Shown: positions 1 to 9,309, numbered from the stretch's first letter. The stretch is DNA of 64,000 nt from an uncultured Armatimonadetes bacterium (GCA_963716175.1 OY970296.1:1-64000), one strand, 5' to 3'. The notes: generated by a model not told the origin, from the sequence alone. Numbers and translations: made by a program.

Positions 1-159
1 CCACCATAGGGATTATCACAGCGCCGAGCGCCAGAGTTGCTTTCGCCAAGAGGACGAAGCGCAGACCGGGCCACCGGCCAGGCGCTGTCGAACCGGCCAC
101 ATGGCAAACCGCCGCAGCCGCTCTGGCTGCGGCGGCTCTATGGAATATCCGCCGAGCGG

Positions 160-1263
160 CTACTTGACTCTCCGCCACGATATCGCGGCGAACTCGGCCG
201 CGCGGCGGCGCTGCCAGGCAAATCCAAGGCATCGGAGGGCTTCTGTAGATCAGTTTGAAGTTGCCGTTCACACTGATGATGTCGGCCGCAATGCCGCCGG
301 TGACGGTAGCGTTACCGTTCCCGGAGAAGCTGTCAGGACTGTCGATGTCGGCGCTGTGCGTGTAGATCCACCCCTCGATGGAGCAGTTCCCATTGATCTT
401 GACACCCCCGCCGGCGATGATGGCGAAAGAGTCATCTCCGTTTGGGTTGACCAGCCCGCGTTCCCGTTGATGGTTACCTTGCCGGTGGCGACGATTAGTC
501 CCTTGCCGCTGAAGTTGCCGTTGATGCTACAATTGCCGTTGACATACACCACGCCGTTGAGCGCAATATTGCCGTTGAAGCTCTTTCCGCTGCTGTAGGT
601 CTGGGTGGCCGCGTTTTGGTAGTGGGCCGTGTCTATCACGGGCATGGAGATCTTGGCCGCGGCTGGCTTCCGCGCACCGCCGATATGTGAGTTACCATTA
701 GTCTTGATAGTGCCCACGCTCCCCACGTCGCCGGAGATCGAGGCGTTGCCGTTCATGGTGGTGTTCCCGTTGGAGAACGTGTCTCCGGTAACGGTGAAGT
801 TTCCATTCATGGACAGATCGGTGTTGGAGAATAGGGCTGAGTTGAAAACCGCGTTTTGCTGAGAGCCGCCGCCGCCTGCGGTCAGGAACGACCCGATGAC
901 CTTGACCTGTGAGGTATAGCCCTGCGAGGTGCCGTCGGAGCTGACCGCGAGGATGGTGGACGAACCGTTGAACTTGTCCGCGGTCACTGAGAAAGTCCCG
1001 GTACCCAGGTTGCCGCGTGTCCAGGTCACAGGCAGCGTTGGGGCCTGAAAGTTGTAGAGCTTCCAGGCGGCATAATCAATGCCGGCTTCCGCCAGGTGGA
1101 AAGCAGCCATGTCCTTCTTGACCCGGCTGCCGGTGGCCACCTCCTGAACCGTCTGATCTAGCATGCTGCACCCTAGAGCCAGGATCAGCACGAGAAATAC
1201 CACGGCCGAGATCAGAGCGAACCCCCGATCCGCACGTGGCCGGCTCCTGTCATTATCACGCAA
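160..1263 (-). CDS. PilX/TadG-like minor pilin-associated protein with NGN-repeat (beta-helix-like) C-terminus; frameshifted near 450, 245 and 200
   Basis: N-terminal RGFALISAVVFLVLIL...AFHLAEAGIDYA is PilX-type. The NGN repeats continue in another frame after ~450 (LVNPNGDDSFAIIAGGGVKINGNCSIEGWIY...), apparently ending ISWRRVK* at 160. Start uncertain. Confidence 0.7.
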
Positions 1264-1294
1264 ATATGTGTTCGCACATCCGCCTCCTTTCCAC

Positions 1295-1930
1295 CTAGAG
1301 ATTCCGCAGGAAGCTCTCCGCATGCGCCGTCTGGGTCTTTGTGCTATTGTGGACAGTTGCGGTAGAGGTCATCCACATCTCTATGCCCCAGAGCCTGGTG
1401 CTATCCGGCCAGTACTTGAATATGGCATAGGGCAGCCCCGTGCTCGGATCGACCGGGTTCAGTTCCGGATGGATGCTATCGGCGATCTTCACCTTGGGGA
1501 CAAAGGTATTGCTGCCCTGCGCCTCAACCGCTTTCCATAGACAGTTCCCGACGGCGTCTGTTGACCCGGAGTCGTCCGAGAGGTAGTAGAGAACTCGATC
1601 TCCCATCGACAGGTGGTACTGCCCGTCCCCGCCGAGGGTCAGGATGTTATCATGGCTGGCGTTCCTCTCGGGCAGAACCACGACCACCCAATCCGTCCCA
1701 TGCGACTCCACCTGCATCGCTTCCCGGATCTCCTTTGACACTCTCTGCACCGCCGCCGTAGCGGCATCGTAAGGCGGGAGCTTCCAGATCTGGTTGTTAT
1801 AGATATTGAGCACCGAGAAGTAAATCATCGAGATGCTATAGAACATCGCCCCCATCACGCTGACGGCGATCATCAGCTCGATGAGCGTCATCCCTCGCTG
1901 GTATGTACTGCCTCTGAGTCGTGCGCGCAT
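1295..1930 (-). CDS. Prepilin-type N-terminal cleavage/methylation protein (PilW/GspJ-like minor pilin)
   Basis: QRG|MTLIELMIAVSVM class III signal peptide with E5. Confidence 0.85.
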   Translation of the reverse strand: MRARLRGSTYQRGMTLIELMIAVSVMGAMFYSISMIYFSVLNIYNNQIWKLPPYDAATAAVQRVSKEIREAMQVESHGTDWVVVVLPERNASHDNILTLGGDGQYHLSMGDRVLYYLSDDSGSTDAVGNCLWKAVEAQGSNTFVPKVKIADSIHPELNPVDPSTGLPYAIFKYWPDSTRLWGIEMWMTSTATVHNSTKTQTAHAESFLRNL

Positions 1931-1941
1931 GGTTCTCAGCC

Positions 1942-2433
1942 TCACTTCGGGCGGTTGGCGATCAGCGTGACCGCCTTGTAGGAGCCCCCCTGGAAATGAC
2001 CGCCGCTCCAGGTGATGGTGACTGTTGCGATTTTCATGTTGCTGTACGGGAGCCCGGTGCCCGGGTTGATGGCTTTCGCTTCCGCGTCCTCATCCAGGGT
2101 GATGAGGCCCGCGCCATTCTTCAGATCGGGCACCGTGAAAGAAGCCTGGGTGCTGTTGAGGATCGTGTAGTCGGGGGCCGGAAAAAGGGCTGTCCCCACC
2201 ACCCCGCCCGTGTAGGTCGCCTCTCTGATGCGTTCGAGTTCCTGCGAGGCGCGGTCCGCCGCCACGGTGTAGTTCACCGATTTCTCGTGCGAGATAACCC
2301 CATAGGTTACCATCGAGCCCACGCCCACCAGCCCGACGCCGAGAATGACGGCGGCGATCAGCACCTCCAGTATCGTTGTTCCTGAATCAGGTCTCAGATG
2401 GTTTGGTCTCATCATCATCTCATCCCCATACAA
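1942..2433 (-). CDS. PilV-like minor pilin
   Basis: SG|TTILEVLIAAVILGVGL...ASQELERIR, C-terminal ATVTITW; first gene of the three-gene pilin operon. Confidence 0.85.
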   Translation of the reverse strand: MYGDEMMMRPNHLRPDSGTTILEVLIAAVILGVGLVGVGSMVTYGVISHEKSVNYTVAADRASQELERIREATYTGGVVGTALFPAPDYTILNSTQASFTVPDLKNGAGLITLDEDAEAKAINPGTGLPYSNMKIATVTITWSGGHFQGGSYKAVTLIANRPK

Positions 2434-2514
2434 GGCTGGAGATCTGCCCCCTCAGCCTCCCTGCCCGGCTCAGACTCTCCCTTCCTCTTCGGTAGCTCCC
2501 TCCGATGCCCGCCC

Positions 2515-2551
2515 AAGAAAGAACGGTCCGGGACCTGCAACACCCCGGACC
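2515..2551 (-). terminator. Intrinsic-terminator-like hairpin upstream of the minor pilin operon
   Basis: GGTCCGGG-11nt-CCCGGACC followed by GTTCTTTCTT on the minus strand. Confidence 0.45.
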
Positions 2552-3081
2552 TTCAGAGGATTGCGACTCACGCCGTCTTCAGTTGCTTCCACCATAGGTC
2601 GTCAGCCTCTACGCTCTCGCTGGCAGTAGAAAGCAGAATCCCCGGAGCATGCGGCCGTCCGGGCATTCGAACATTGCCTTCCTAGGTCGTATTCAACTCG
2701 GGGCGTTCTCCCACCCCAATGAGCCAAGACCTTGATCAGTTGTTTGTTCCACATTTCGGAGCCGAACCGCAGAAATACTGCCCCTGCTCCGTTTGGGTGC
2801 GAACTGACTCCCGAACAACGGGCCTGAGGTAAGGAAAGGTTCGAAGACAGCGGCCGACCCGGCAGATCTCCCCCTTACGCGACGAGCCCCGGACACTAAC
2901 TCCAAGCCGAGGGGGTGGCCGGAGTCGAGGGGTGCCCGGGGCCGTCCAGCCTGGGAGTTCGCCGGAGCGAATGGTTGTCCTGCCGTAACCGCTCTCCTGT
3001 AGGAATCCACTAGCGCCTGGCGAACACAAACCCAGGTCAGTTCCTGGACCTGGCGCGAACTGGCAGCCACCGGAGGAGAGG

Positions 3082-3795
3082 ATGACAAGGGCGTTTCTGG
3101 CAGCGATGGTTATCGGGCTGGCCGCTGTGATGGCGCAGTGAGTGTGGGCGGCCGAGGCAAGACCCCAGGCCGCCACCGTGATGGTGTCCGGGGGGACCAT
3201 CTATCAGGGGCAGGTGAAGTCTCTCGATGAGAATGCCTTGACCGTCGCCATGGCCTCAGGGAAAGCTGTCACGATACCTCGCGGCGAGGTGGTGCTTATC
3301 AACTTCCAGCCCGATTGGCTGGCGGTCAAGGCCTGTGGTACGCAGAACGGCACCTTCTACGATCTCGGGGGTAGCTACGCCCTGCCCCTCCCCGCGGAAG
3401 GCTGGAAGACCTCGCAGGATTCCGAGGGGCACCTATTCCTCCATAAGGGGAAGTTCTCACTGGGGGTTTATGCTTACCTCTCCCGGTATTCCACTCTCAA
3501 CGTCTTCATAAGCGTGCACGCTCACTGGCGGCAGACCCAGAACATGCCCCAAGAATCTTACGTCGGCGGGGTCGAGATGACCGTGGACAGCCTGCCGGCG
3601 CAAGCGTTCACCTTCGAGACCAGGATTCAGGGGCGGCCGGCCCGTGTCTTTGACATAAAGACGGTCGGACCTGCGGGGAACGGATACGTAATCACACTGA
3701 TGGGAACGGACGTGACCAAGGAAGAGTTCGAAGCGGCAAGGCGGGACGCCATGCCCGTCACAAGCGAGTTCCGCTTCCTTCGGGTTCAGTCGTAG
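3082..3795 (+). pseudogene. Exported hypothetical protein with an in-frame TGA in its signal peptide
   Basis: RBS GGAGGAG then ATG at 3082: MTRAFLAAMVIGLAAVMAQ*VWAAEA..., in frame with ORF 3142..3795; TGA at 3139-3141. Confidence 0.65.
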
Positions 3796-3857
3796 AGACG
3801 AGCAGAGACGCCGTCGGTGGCAGATGCTCACCAGGGCCGTGCCCCAAGTGAAGGTCG

Positions 3858-4535
3858 TCAGGTCTCGCCCAACCCACGCCGAATCGCGTAGCGGGCGGCC
3901 TGGACGCGGGTTCTGACGCCCAGCCTGCGCAGCAGTTGGGCGATATGACTCTTCACGGTCTCCTTGCTGATGAATAGCCGGGAGGCGATGTCCGCGTTGC
4001 TCAGGCCGAGAGCGACCAACCGCAGCACTTCTCGCTGGCGCGGGGTCAGGTTGAGCGAGGGTGAGGGATCGGATCGGGCCCCGTCAAGAGCTATACCAGC
4101 TCCGGGGTTGGCGTGCTCTGCAAGCTCCGGCTGGACCCAGTTTGCGCCATTGAGGACCGCGCTGATGGCCGCTGGCAGACACTCGTGGGCGGAGGTCTTC
4201 AGCATGCAGCCGTGAGCACCCGCGTCCATCGCCAGGGCCAGGCCGGCGGCGTCCGGCAGGCTCGCGAGCAGCACGAGCCGGCACTCGGGCAATAGACGCG
4301 ATAGCTGGGCAACCAAGGCGTGGGTCTGGCGGCCCTTGATGAAGGCATCGAGAAGCACCAGGTCGGGCCGCTCCCGACCTGCCATTGCCAGCCCCTCCTT
4401 CGCCGAACTGGCTTCCCCAACCAGATCGAGCTCGGGCATGGTCTCGCTTAGGTAGAGGCGCAGACCGAGCCTGAACACCAACTGGTCGTCTATCAGGATG
4501 GCACGAATCCTCTGGACCTGCTCTCGCCCCTGCAT
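3858..4535 (-). CDS. NarL/LuxR-family response regulator
   Basis: Receiver (LIDDQ...VLLDA) plus LuxR HTH (LTPRQREVLRLVALGLSNADIASRLFISKETVKSH). Confidence 0.93.
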   Translation of the reverse strand: MQGREQVQRIRAILIDDQLVFRLGLRLYLSETMPELDLVGEASSAKEGLAMAGRERPDLVLLDAFIKGRQTHALVAQLSRLLPECRLVLLASLPDAAGLALAMDAGAHGCMLKTSAHECLPAAISAVLNGANWVQPELAEHANPGAGIALDGARSDPSPSLNLTPRQREVLRLVALGLSNADIASRLFISKETVKSHIAQLLRRLGVRTRVQAARYAIRRGLGET

Positions 4536-4564
4536 CTTTCCTCAGCCTTCAGCAAAGTGTGAAC

Positions 4565-4586
4565 TCGGACACCGCTGGATGTCCGA
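4565..4586. promoter_or_regulatory. 7-8-7 inverted repeat, possible operator in the divergent promoter
   Basis: TCGGACA-CCGCTGGA-TGTCCGA, 30 bp upstream of the regulator start. Confidence 0.3.
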
Positions 4587-4739
4587 ACCGTGGCCTGGCC
4601 TCTCTTCAGGGCCCTTTTGCCCATTTCTAGTCCATCCATGTATTATTCTCACTCCTTTGGGTGATTGTGTTGCCCCCAAGGCTATGCTAACCTGCCGTGC
4701 AGGTTATCCCCGGCATGGCGAAGGGCTCAGGACAGACAG

Positions 4740-5099
4740 ATGCTCGGGCAATTGCCGAACGCACCATCGATCTACGAGTTGGGCGTTGGCTGCGTCGCGC
4801 TGGTGGGCATCGCGGCCCTGCTGTTGATGGCGCGGGCACAGAATGCGACCCTCAAGGAGTGCCGGGAGTTGAGAGAGGGGACTCTGGAGTCTGAACGGAG
4901 CCGAGGGCAGCTCAACTGCCTGTTGATTGACCTATTGGCAACCATGAATCTGAGCCTGGCGAGCCGGCTGTCCCAGGAGTCCGACGACGAGTCTCGGACC
5001 ACCCTGGAGCAGATCCGCATGGCGGTGGAGGAGGCCCTGCACGAGCAGCGACAGATGGCGGTCAGCGCCCGGGTCCGTAACCTGCGAAGGTCGGGATAG
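4740..5099 (+). CDS. Small membrane protein with a degenerate HisKA_3-like helical hairpin and no ATPase domain
   Basis: One TM (GVGCVALVGIAALLLM), then ERSR...LLATMNLSL...LEQIRMAVEEALHEQRQM. Confidence 0.6.
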   Translation: MLGQLPNAPSIYELGVGCVALVGIAALLLMARAQNATLKECRELREGTLESERSRGQLNCLLIDLLATMNLSLASRLSQESDDESRTTLEQIRMAVEEALHEQRQMAVSARVRNLRRSG

Positions 5100-5690
5100 G
5101 GGCCGACGCGGCCTGCTGCTCTCAATCGGTCGGTGGAAGTTGTCATCGGGACACAACATTGAGGGTCTCTTGCGTGATATTGGCTAAGATGCTAGACCAA
5201 AATGAGACCTTTTAGCGCATTCTGGGAGGAGGGCGAAGCTGGTAAGCAGGGACCATGGTCGTGAGGGGGGTGTGAGCGGCGGGTAGTTGGATCAAAGATA
5301 ACGCGGAAGCTCACAGGCGCAGGCGGGTAAGAAGAAAAAGGGGGTCGGTGGCTATCTTGGCAGACTGACACCAACCCCCGAAGGCGGAAGGCGGTCGCTC
5401 TTGCGACCACCACCCGTATTATACATATACCACAGCGTTGGAGTTGGATTATGCTTCACGAAGAGACATTGGGGCAGGCAGCGCAGATAGGCGGCTTGAC
5501 GGTCCCCAAGCCGCGGCTCCGGTGAACCAGAACGGAAGTGAGGCCGAGACCCTAACCTAACGGGCCACAACTGACCCGATTTGCGCAGCGGAAAGGAGGC
5601 GGGGAGGCTGGAAGCTGCAGGCGAATCCGGGAGCAGCGTAGGCATAAATGACGCTTGGATCAATCCAAAGCGCTTGAAGGAGAAGAGGAA

Positions 5691-6629
5691 ATGTCGAAGT
5701 GGTTTGCAGTTTTGATGGCACTAGTGCTGGTCGCGATAGTGGCCAGCGCGGCCGTGGCGAAGCCAATCACGCTGACTGACGGGCAGCTCTCGGCGATCGT
5801 CGCGGGAGAGGTCGCTGATATCGAGCACAGCTCGGGCGTGGCAACCGTTGGTGACAACGGAACCGCGATCGGCGAGCTCGAGGTCAAGGACTCGCTCAAC
5901 CAGCAGGAGACCAAGATTGAGGACTCCCTCAACACCGACAACTCGGTCAACACCGAGGACTCCCTCAACACCGACACCGAAGTTAAGGTTGAGGATTCGC
6001 TCAACAAGACCGAGACTGAGGTCAAGGTCGAGGATTCGTTCAACAAGACCGAGGACTCCAACAATACCGACAAGAGCGTGGATAACAGCGTTGACAACAG
6101 CGGTCAGGACAACAGCACCACGACCGTCACCAAGATGGAGGATTCCAACAACACCGACACCGAAGTTAAGGTTGAGGATTCGTTCAACAAGACCGAGACT
6201 GAGGTCAAGGTCGAGGATTCGTTCAACAAGACCGAGGACTCCAACAATACCGACAAGAGCGTGGATAACAGCGTTGACAACAGCGGTCAGGACAACAGCA
6301 CCACGACCGTGACGAAGACCGAGACCGAGACCAAGATTGAGGATTCCTACAATACGAACAATCAGAATCATAGCAAGAACCTGATTCTGATGGACGACGC
6401 CCAGGAGAATGCGCGCGCGATCTCCCTGGTCAACAGCCTCGGCGGGGACGTCGCTGTGGGCAGCAACATCCTGGTAGTGGCCAACCAGGCCAGCGCGGCC
6501 CCGGGTGGTGCCGGCGGCGACGCGCGGACGCAGATCTGCAGCTCCGTGTTGGCCCAGCTGGTAGCCAACTTCTCGAGCGTGAAGATCACCCTTGGCGGCG
6601 GAGGCCGAGACGGCGGAGGCGGAGACTAA
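5691..6629 (+). CDS. Secreted D/N/S/T-rich repeat protein, putative major functional-amyloid subunit (Fap-like system)
   Basis: RBS, Sec signal MSKWFAVLMALVLVAIVASAAVA, LTDGQLSAIVAG motif, many (K/V)xEDS(F/L/N/Y)N repeats; first gene upstream of C39 and FapF-like genes. Confidence 0.75.
   Translation: MSKWFAVLMALVLVAIVASAAVAKPITLTDGQLSAIVAGEVADIEHSSGVATVGDNGTAIGELEVKDSLNQQETKIEDSLNTDNSVNTEDSLNTDTEVKVEDSLNKTETEVKVEDSFNKTEDSNNTDKSVDNSVDNSGQDNSTTTVTKMEDSNNTDTEVKVEDSFNKTETEVKVEDSFNKTEDSNNTDKSVDNSVDNSGQDNSTTTVTKTETETKIEDSYNTNNQNHSKNLILMDDAQENARAISLVNSLGGDVAVGSNILVVANQASAAPGGAGGDARTQICSSVLAQLVANFSSVKITLGGGGRDGGGGD
5967..6310 (+). repeat. 183-bp (61-aa) near-perfect tandem duplication inside the repeat protein
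   Basis: Units start at 5967 and 6150 (aacaccgacaccgaagttaaggttgaggattcg...). Confidence 0.92.
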
Positions 6630-6678
6630 GTGAAGTGACTGGGGAGGCCGTCACCCGGCTTCTCCACGGCAAGGCTCG

Positions 6679-6712
6679 GTCGTTGGGTCGCCCGATGGGG
6701 CGACCCAACGAC
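6679..6712 (+). other. Perfect 15-bp intercistronic stem-loop after the putative major subunit gene
   Basis: GTCGTTGGGTCGCCC-GATG-GGGCGACCCAACGAC, no U-tract. Confidence 0.75.
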
Positions 6713-6745
6713 TCCGGGCCATGCGGGAAGAAAGGCAGGGCTGTT

Positions 6746-7258
6746 ATGGTACGAGCAAAGAGTGGTCTGTATGTGACGCTGATTGGCCTCGCGATGCTGA
6801 TCGCGATCAACCAGGCGTCTATGGGTGCGCCTATTCCCCTCTCCGATCGCGAGCTTGACGGCGTTTATGCCGAAGGTCTGGTTTTCGACTTGGACATGAA
6901 GCTCGACATCCAGGAGGGAAGCACGGTGTCGTTTGAGGGCGGCAACGTTGAAGACCTCAAGGCGTTGCTGGAGAATGGCTTGAGCTGGAAGAGCGCCGGG
7001 GTCGGAGATTCGGGCGGCACCGTAAAGGCCATGCTGGAGCCTGGGGGCGACCTGAATCTCGACGGCCTGTTGGGTTCCATCTACGTGGGCGGAAACGCCC
7101 TCCAGAACACGCAGAACCTATTCAACCTGATCGTCCAAGGCGGGGACGTGGCCGTGGGCATCAACATCTCCGTCATCCTGAACCCGGTGGACAGCAACTT
7201 CTCTCTCTACAACTTCAATTTCAACTTCGGCGACGGGACCGTCACCATAGGGCAGTAG
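6746..7258 (+). CDS. Second secreted subunit of the Fap-like operon (FapB/FapE-like)
   Basis: Signal peptide, then PIPLSDRELDGVYAEG; C-terminal GNALQNTQNLFNLIVQGGDVAVGINI resembles the C-terminus of the upstream repeat protein. Confidence 0.65.
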   Translation: MVRAKSGLYVTLIGLAMLIAINQASMGAPIPLSDRELDGVYAEGLVFDLDMKLDIQEGSTVSFEGGNVEDLKALLENGLSWKSAGVGDSGGTVKAMLEPGGDLNLDGLLGSIYVGGNALQNTQNLFNLIVQGGDVAVGINISVILNPVDSNFSLYNFNFNFGDGTVTIGQ

Positions 7259-7264
7259 GGCTCC

Positions 7265-8005
7265 ATGAGACACACGCTCAATACGTCCGGAAGCAGGGTG
7301 GCAGCGCGGTTGCTATCGGCCGCAGTCCTGTGGCTGATCGCGATGGCGGGTTCCCTCCCGGCAGCGGAGTTGCGGATTCCGGTAGGGACCTTCTCGGGGA
7401 TCAACCTGACAGTGCGGCAGCAGGTGTTGAGTGTGGAGGAGCTGCGGAAACGGGATCTCACCATCCAGGAGCTGGACTATAGCTGCGGCTCGGCCGCTCT
7501 GGCAACTCTGCTCAATGCCTACCTTCAGATTCCGGTGACGGAGCGAGAGATCATTGACCACATCCTGAAGACCGGCGATCTGCGTAAGATCATCGCGCGG
7601 CGCGCCTTCTCGCTGCTCGATCTCAAACGCTTCGCCACCAGTCGCGGCGCCGAGGCGGAAGGCTATAGCCTGACCTTTGACGAACTCATAGATCTTCAGC
7701 AGCCCATGCTGGTTCCCATCGTCATCCGAGGCTACAGGCACTTTGTCATCTTCCGCGGGATGAAGGATGGACGCGTGTACCTGGCCAATCCCTCCTTCGG
7801 AAGATGGACCTTGGCGCGAGCCGAGTTCGAGCGAATGTGGAAGCTGAAGGTGGGTCTCGGCGTCTGGCCAAAGTATGGGCCCACACTGCCAGGGAACGCC
7901 ATGCGGCTAAACAAGGAGGACGAGGTCTATGTATCATCGCCGAGCACGAGCTCACTCTGTCTTGGTTCCGGCCTGCAGTTTGGTCAATCGCCGCACGAGT
8001 TCTAG
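7265..8005 (+). CDS. fapD: Secreted C39-family cysteine peptidase, FapD-like
   Basis: Signal peptide; QELDYSCGSAALATLL, FSLLDLKR, YRHFVIFRG, YLANPSFG. Confidence 0.88.
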   Translation: MRHTLNTSGSRVAARLLSAAVLWLIAMAGSLPAAELRIPVGTFSGINLTVRQQVLSVEELRKRDLTIQELDYSCGSAALATLLNAYLQIPVTEREIIDHILKTGDLRKIIARRAFSLLDLKRFATSRGAEAEGYSLTFDELIDLQQPMLVPIVIRGYRHFVIFRGMKDGRVYLANPSFGRWTLARAEFERMWKLKVGLGVWPKYGPTLPGNAMRLNKEDEVYVSSPSTSSLCLGSGLQFGQSPHEF

Positions 8006-9122
8006 CCGCCCACATATCCTGTCTGGTAGAGCGGCGCCCGTACTTCGGCTGATCTTTCTCTGCTCCATTGTGGCCATCGCCCTATGCTGGCAGGGGAATC
8101 AGCACGCGGGGGCGGCCGCTGAGGCCCCCGCCGCCCCGGGGCAAGCCGCCCCAAGCCAAGAGGAGACGAAGGATACACTCCAGACCCCGACCGAGCCCCA
8201 GCGCCCATCTTCTTCTCAGGTCGAGCGCGGCGGACTGCTGGCTGGCAAAGGCAGGCTGGAGCTGGAGTATCGGCTCTCCTACGCACACTTCTCCCGGAAT
8301 GTGATCTTCATTGATGGCGTCGCTATCCTGCCGGTGCTGGTCGTGGGGGAGATTGCCGTGGAACGCATCCGGCGGGATATCCTGGTCGCATCCGTCACTG
8401 GGCGCTATGGTTTGCGCGACAATCTCCAGCTCGAGTTGACGGTTCCCTATCGCTACCAGGGTGATCGGAGCTCTGTCCCAGAGGCAACCCCTCCCCGGGA
8501 GACGACCCTCAGCGACCGCGGCCTGGGAGATATCCAGGCCGGACTCTTCTACCAGCTTCCCGGTTCCTCCGCCCGCCCGATCAAGTACATCGCCGGGCTG
8601 CGCGTGAAGAGTACAACCGGCAAGGACATATTCGAGATTAATCCCGAGAAAGAGCACGCCATGGGCACCGGCTTCTGGAACACCAAGCTCTCTCTCACCG
8701 CGGTGCGAGTCTCCGACCCAGCCGTGCTCTTCGCGACCGTCGGTTACACTCACAACTTCGACCGACGCAATCTCCTTGTCACTTCGCAGGACCCCGAAAC
8801 CGGGGAGCCGGTGCAGACCCGGGTCAGCTTCTACCCGGGCGGTACGATCGAACTCGGTACCGGCCTGGCCTACGCCCTCAATCCCCGGCTTTCCCTGAAC
8901 ACTCAGTTTGCTGTCAGTTGGACCCGGGCGACTCGGGTGCAGACTCCGACCTCAGGGGGCAGTGTCCCCATCAGTGGGACCACTCTCACGGTGGGCAGCC
9001 TCCGGCTCGGCACCGTGTGGGTTGACGATCCGCGTGCCGCCACCGAGTTGTCGGCGGAAATCGGACTGACAGAGGATGCGCCGGACATGCTCCTCGAGCT
9101 TCGGAGGTCGTATCGGTTCTAA
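7929..9122 (+). CDS. fapF: Outer-membrane beta-barrel transporter, FapF-like
   Basis: GGLL..G..ELEY..SY, RYGL...VPYRY, GLGDI, TTGKD, GTGFW, DPAVLF, PG..ELGTGLAYALN, terminal F. Start uncertain. Confidence 0.8.
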   Translation: MYHRRARAHSVLVPACSLVNRRTSSSRPHILSGRAAPVLRLIFLCSIVAIALCWQGNQHAGAAAEAPAAPGQAAPSQEETKDTLQTPTEPQRPSSSQVERGGLLAGKGRLELEYRLSYAHFSRNVIFIDGVAILPVLVVGEIAVERIRRDILVASVTGRYGLRDNLQLELTVPYRYQGDRSSVPEATPPRETTLSDRGLGDIQAGLFYQLPGSSARPIKYIAGLRVKSTTGKDIFEINPEKEHAMGTGFWNTKLSLTAVRVSDPAVLFATVGYTHNFDRRNLLVTSQDPETGEPVQTRVSFYPGGTIELGTGLAYALNPRLSLNTQFAVSWTRATRVQTPTSGGSVPISGTTLTVGSLRLGTVWVDDPRAATELSAEIGLTEDAPDMLLELRRSYRF

Positions 9123-9123
9123 T

Positions 9124-9219
9124 GGCGTTCGCACAAAGAAGTAATGTGCGAACGCCGCTCTGGGCCCGTCTGAGCAGTTGCCTGAGCTTCGCCCCCCTAC
9201 TTCTTTGAGCGAAGCTCAG
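9124..9219. terminator. Two hairpins after the FapF-like gene
   Basis: GGCGTTCGCACA/TGTGCGAACGCC (9124-9156) and CTGAGCTTCGC/GCGAAGCTCAG (9182-9219). Confidence 0.5.
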
Positions 9220-9309
9220 TAGGGGACAAGGGCGAAGTTTCTGCCCGTGGGCGCTTTCGACCTGGAGCACGGCCTCTGGAGTGCCCGGGTCCCCCATTTC
9301 GGTGGGCGC

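Noticed and set aside
3139-3141. Stop-codon recoding (Sec or Trp/Gly) of the in-frame TGA
   Set aside because: It lies in a signal peptide, TGA ends many genes in this window, and the other internal stop is TAA
7265-8005. Bacteriocin/RiPP cluster based on C39 and GG-like leaders
   Set aside because: The C39 is stand-alone with a Sec signal, not ABC-fused; substrates are large Sec proteins beside a FapF-like barrel; no modification enzymes
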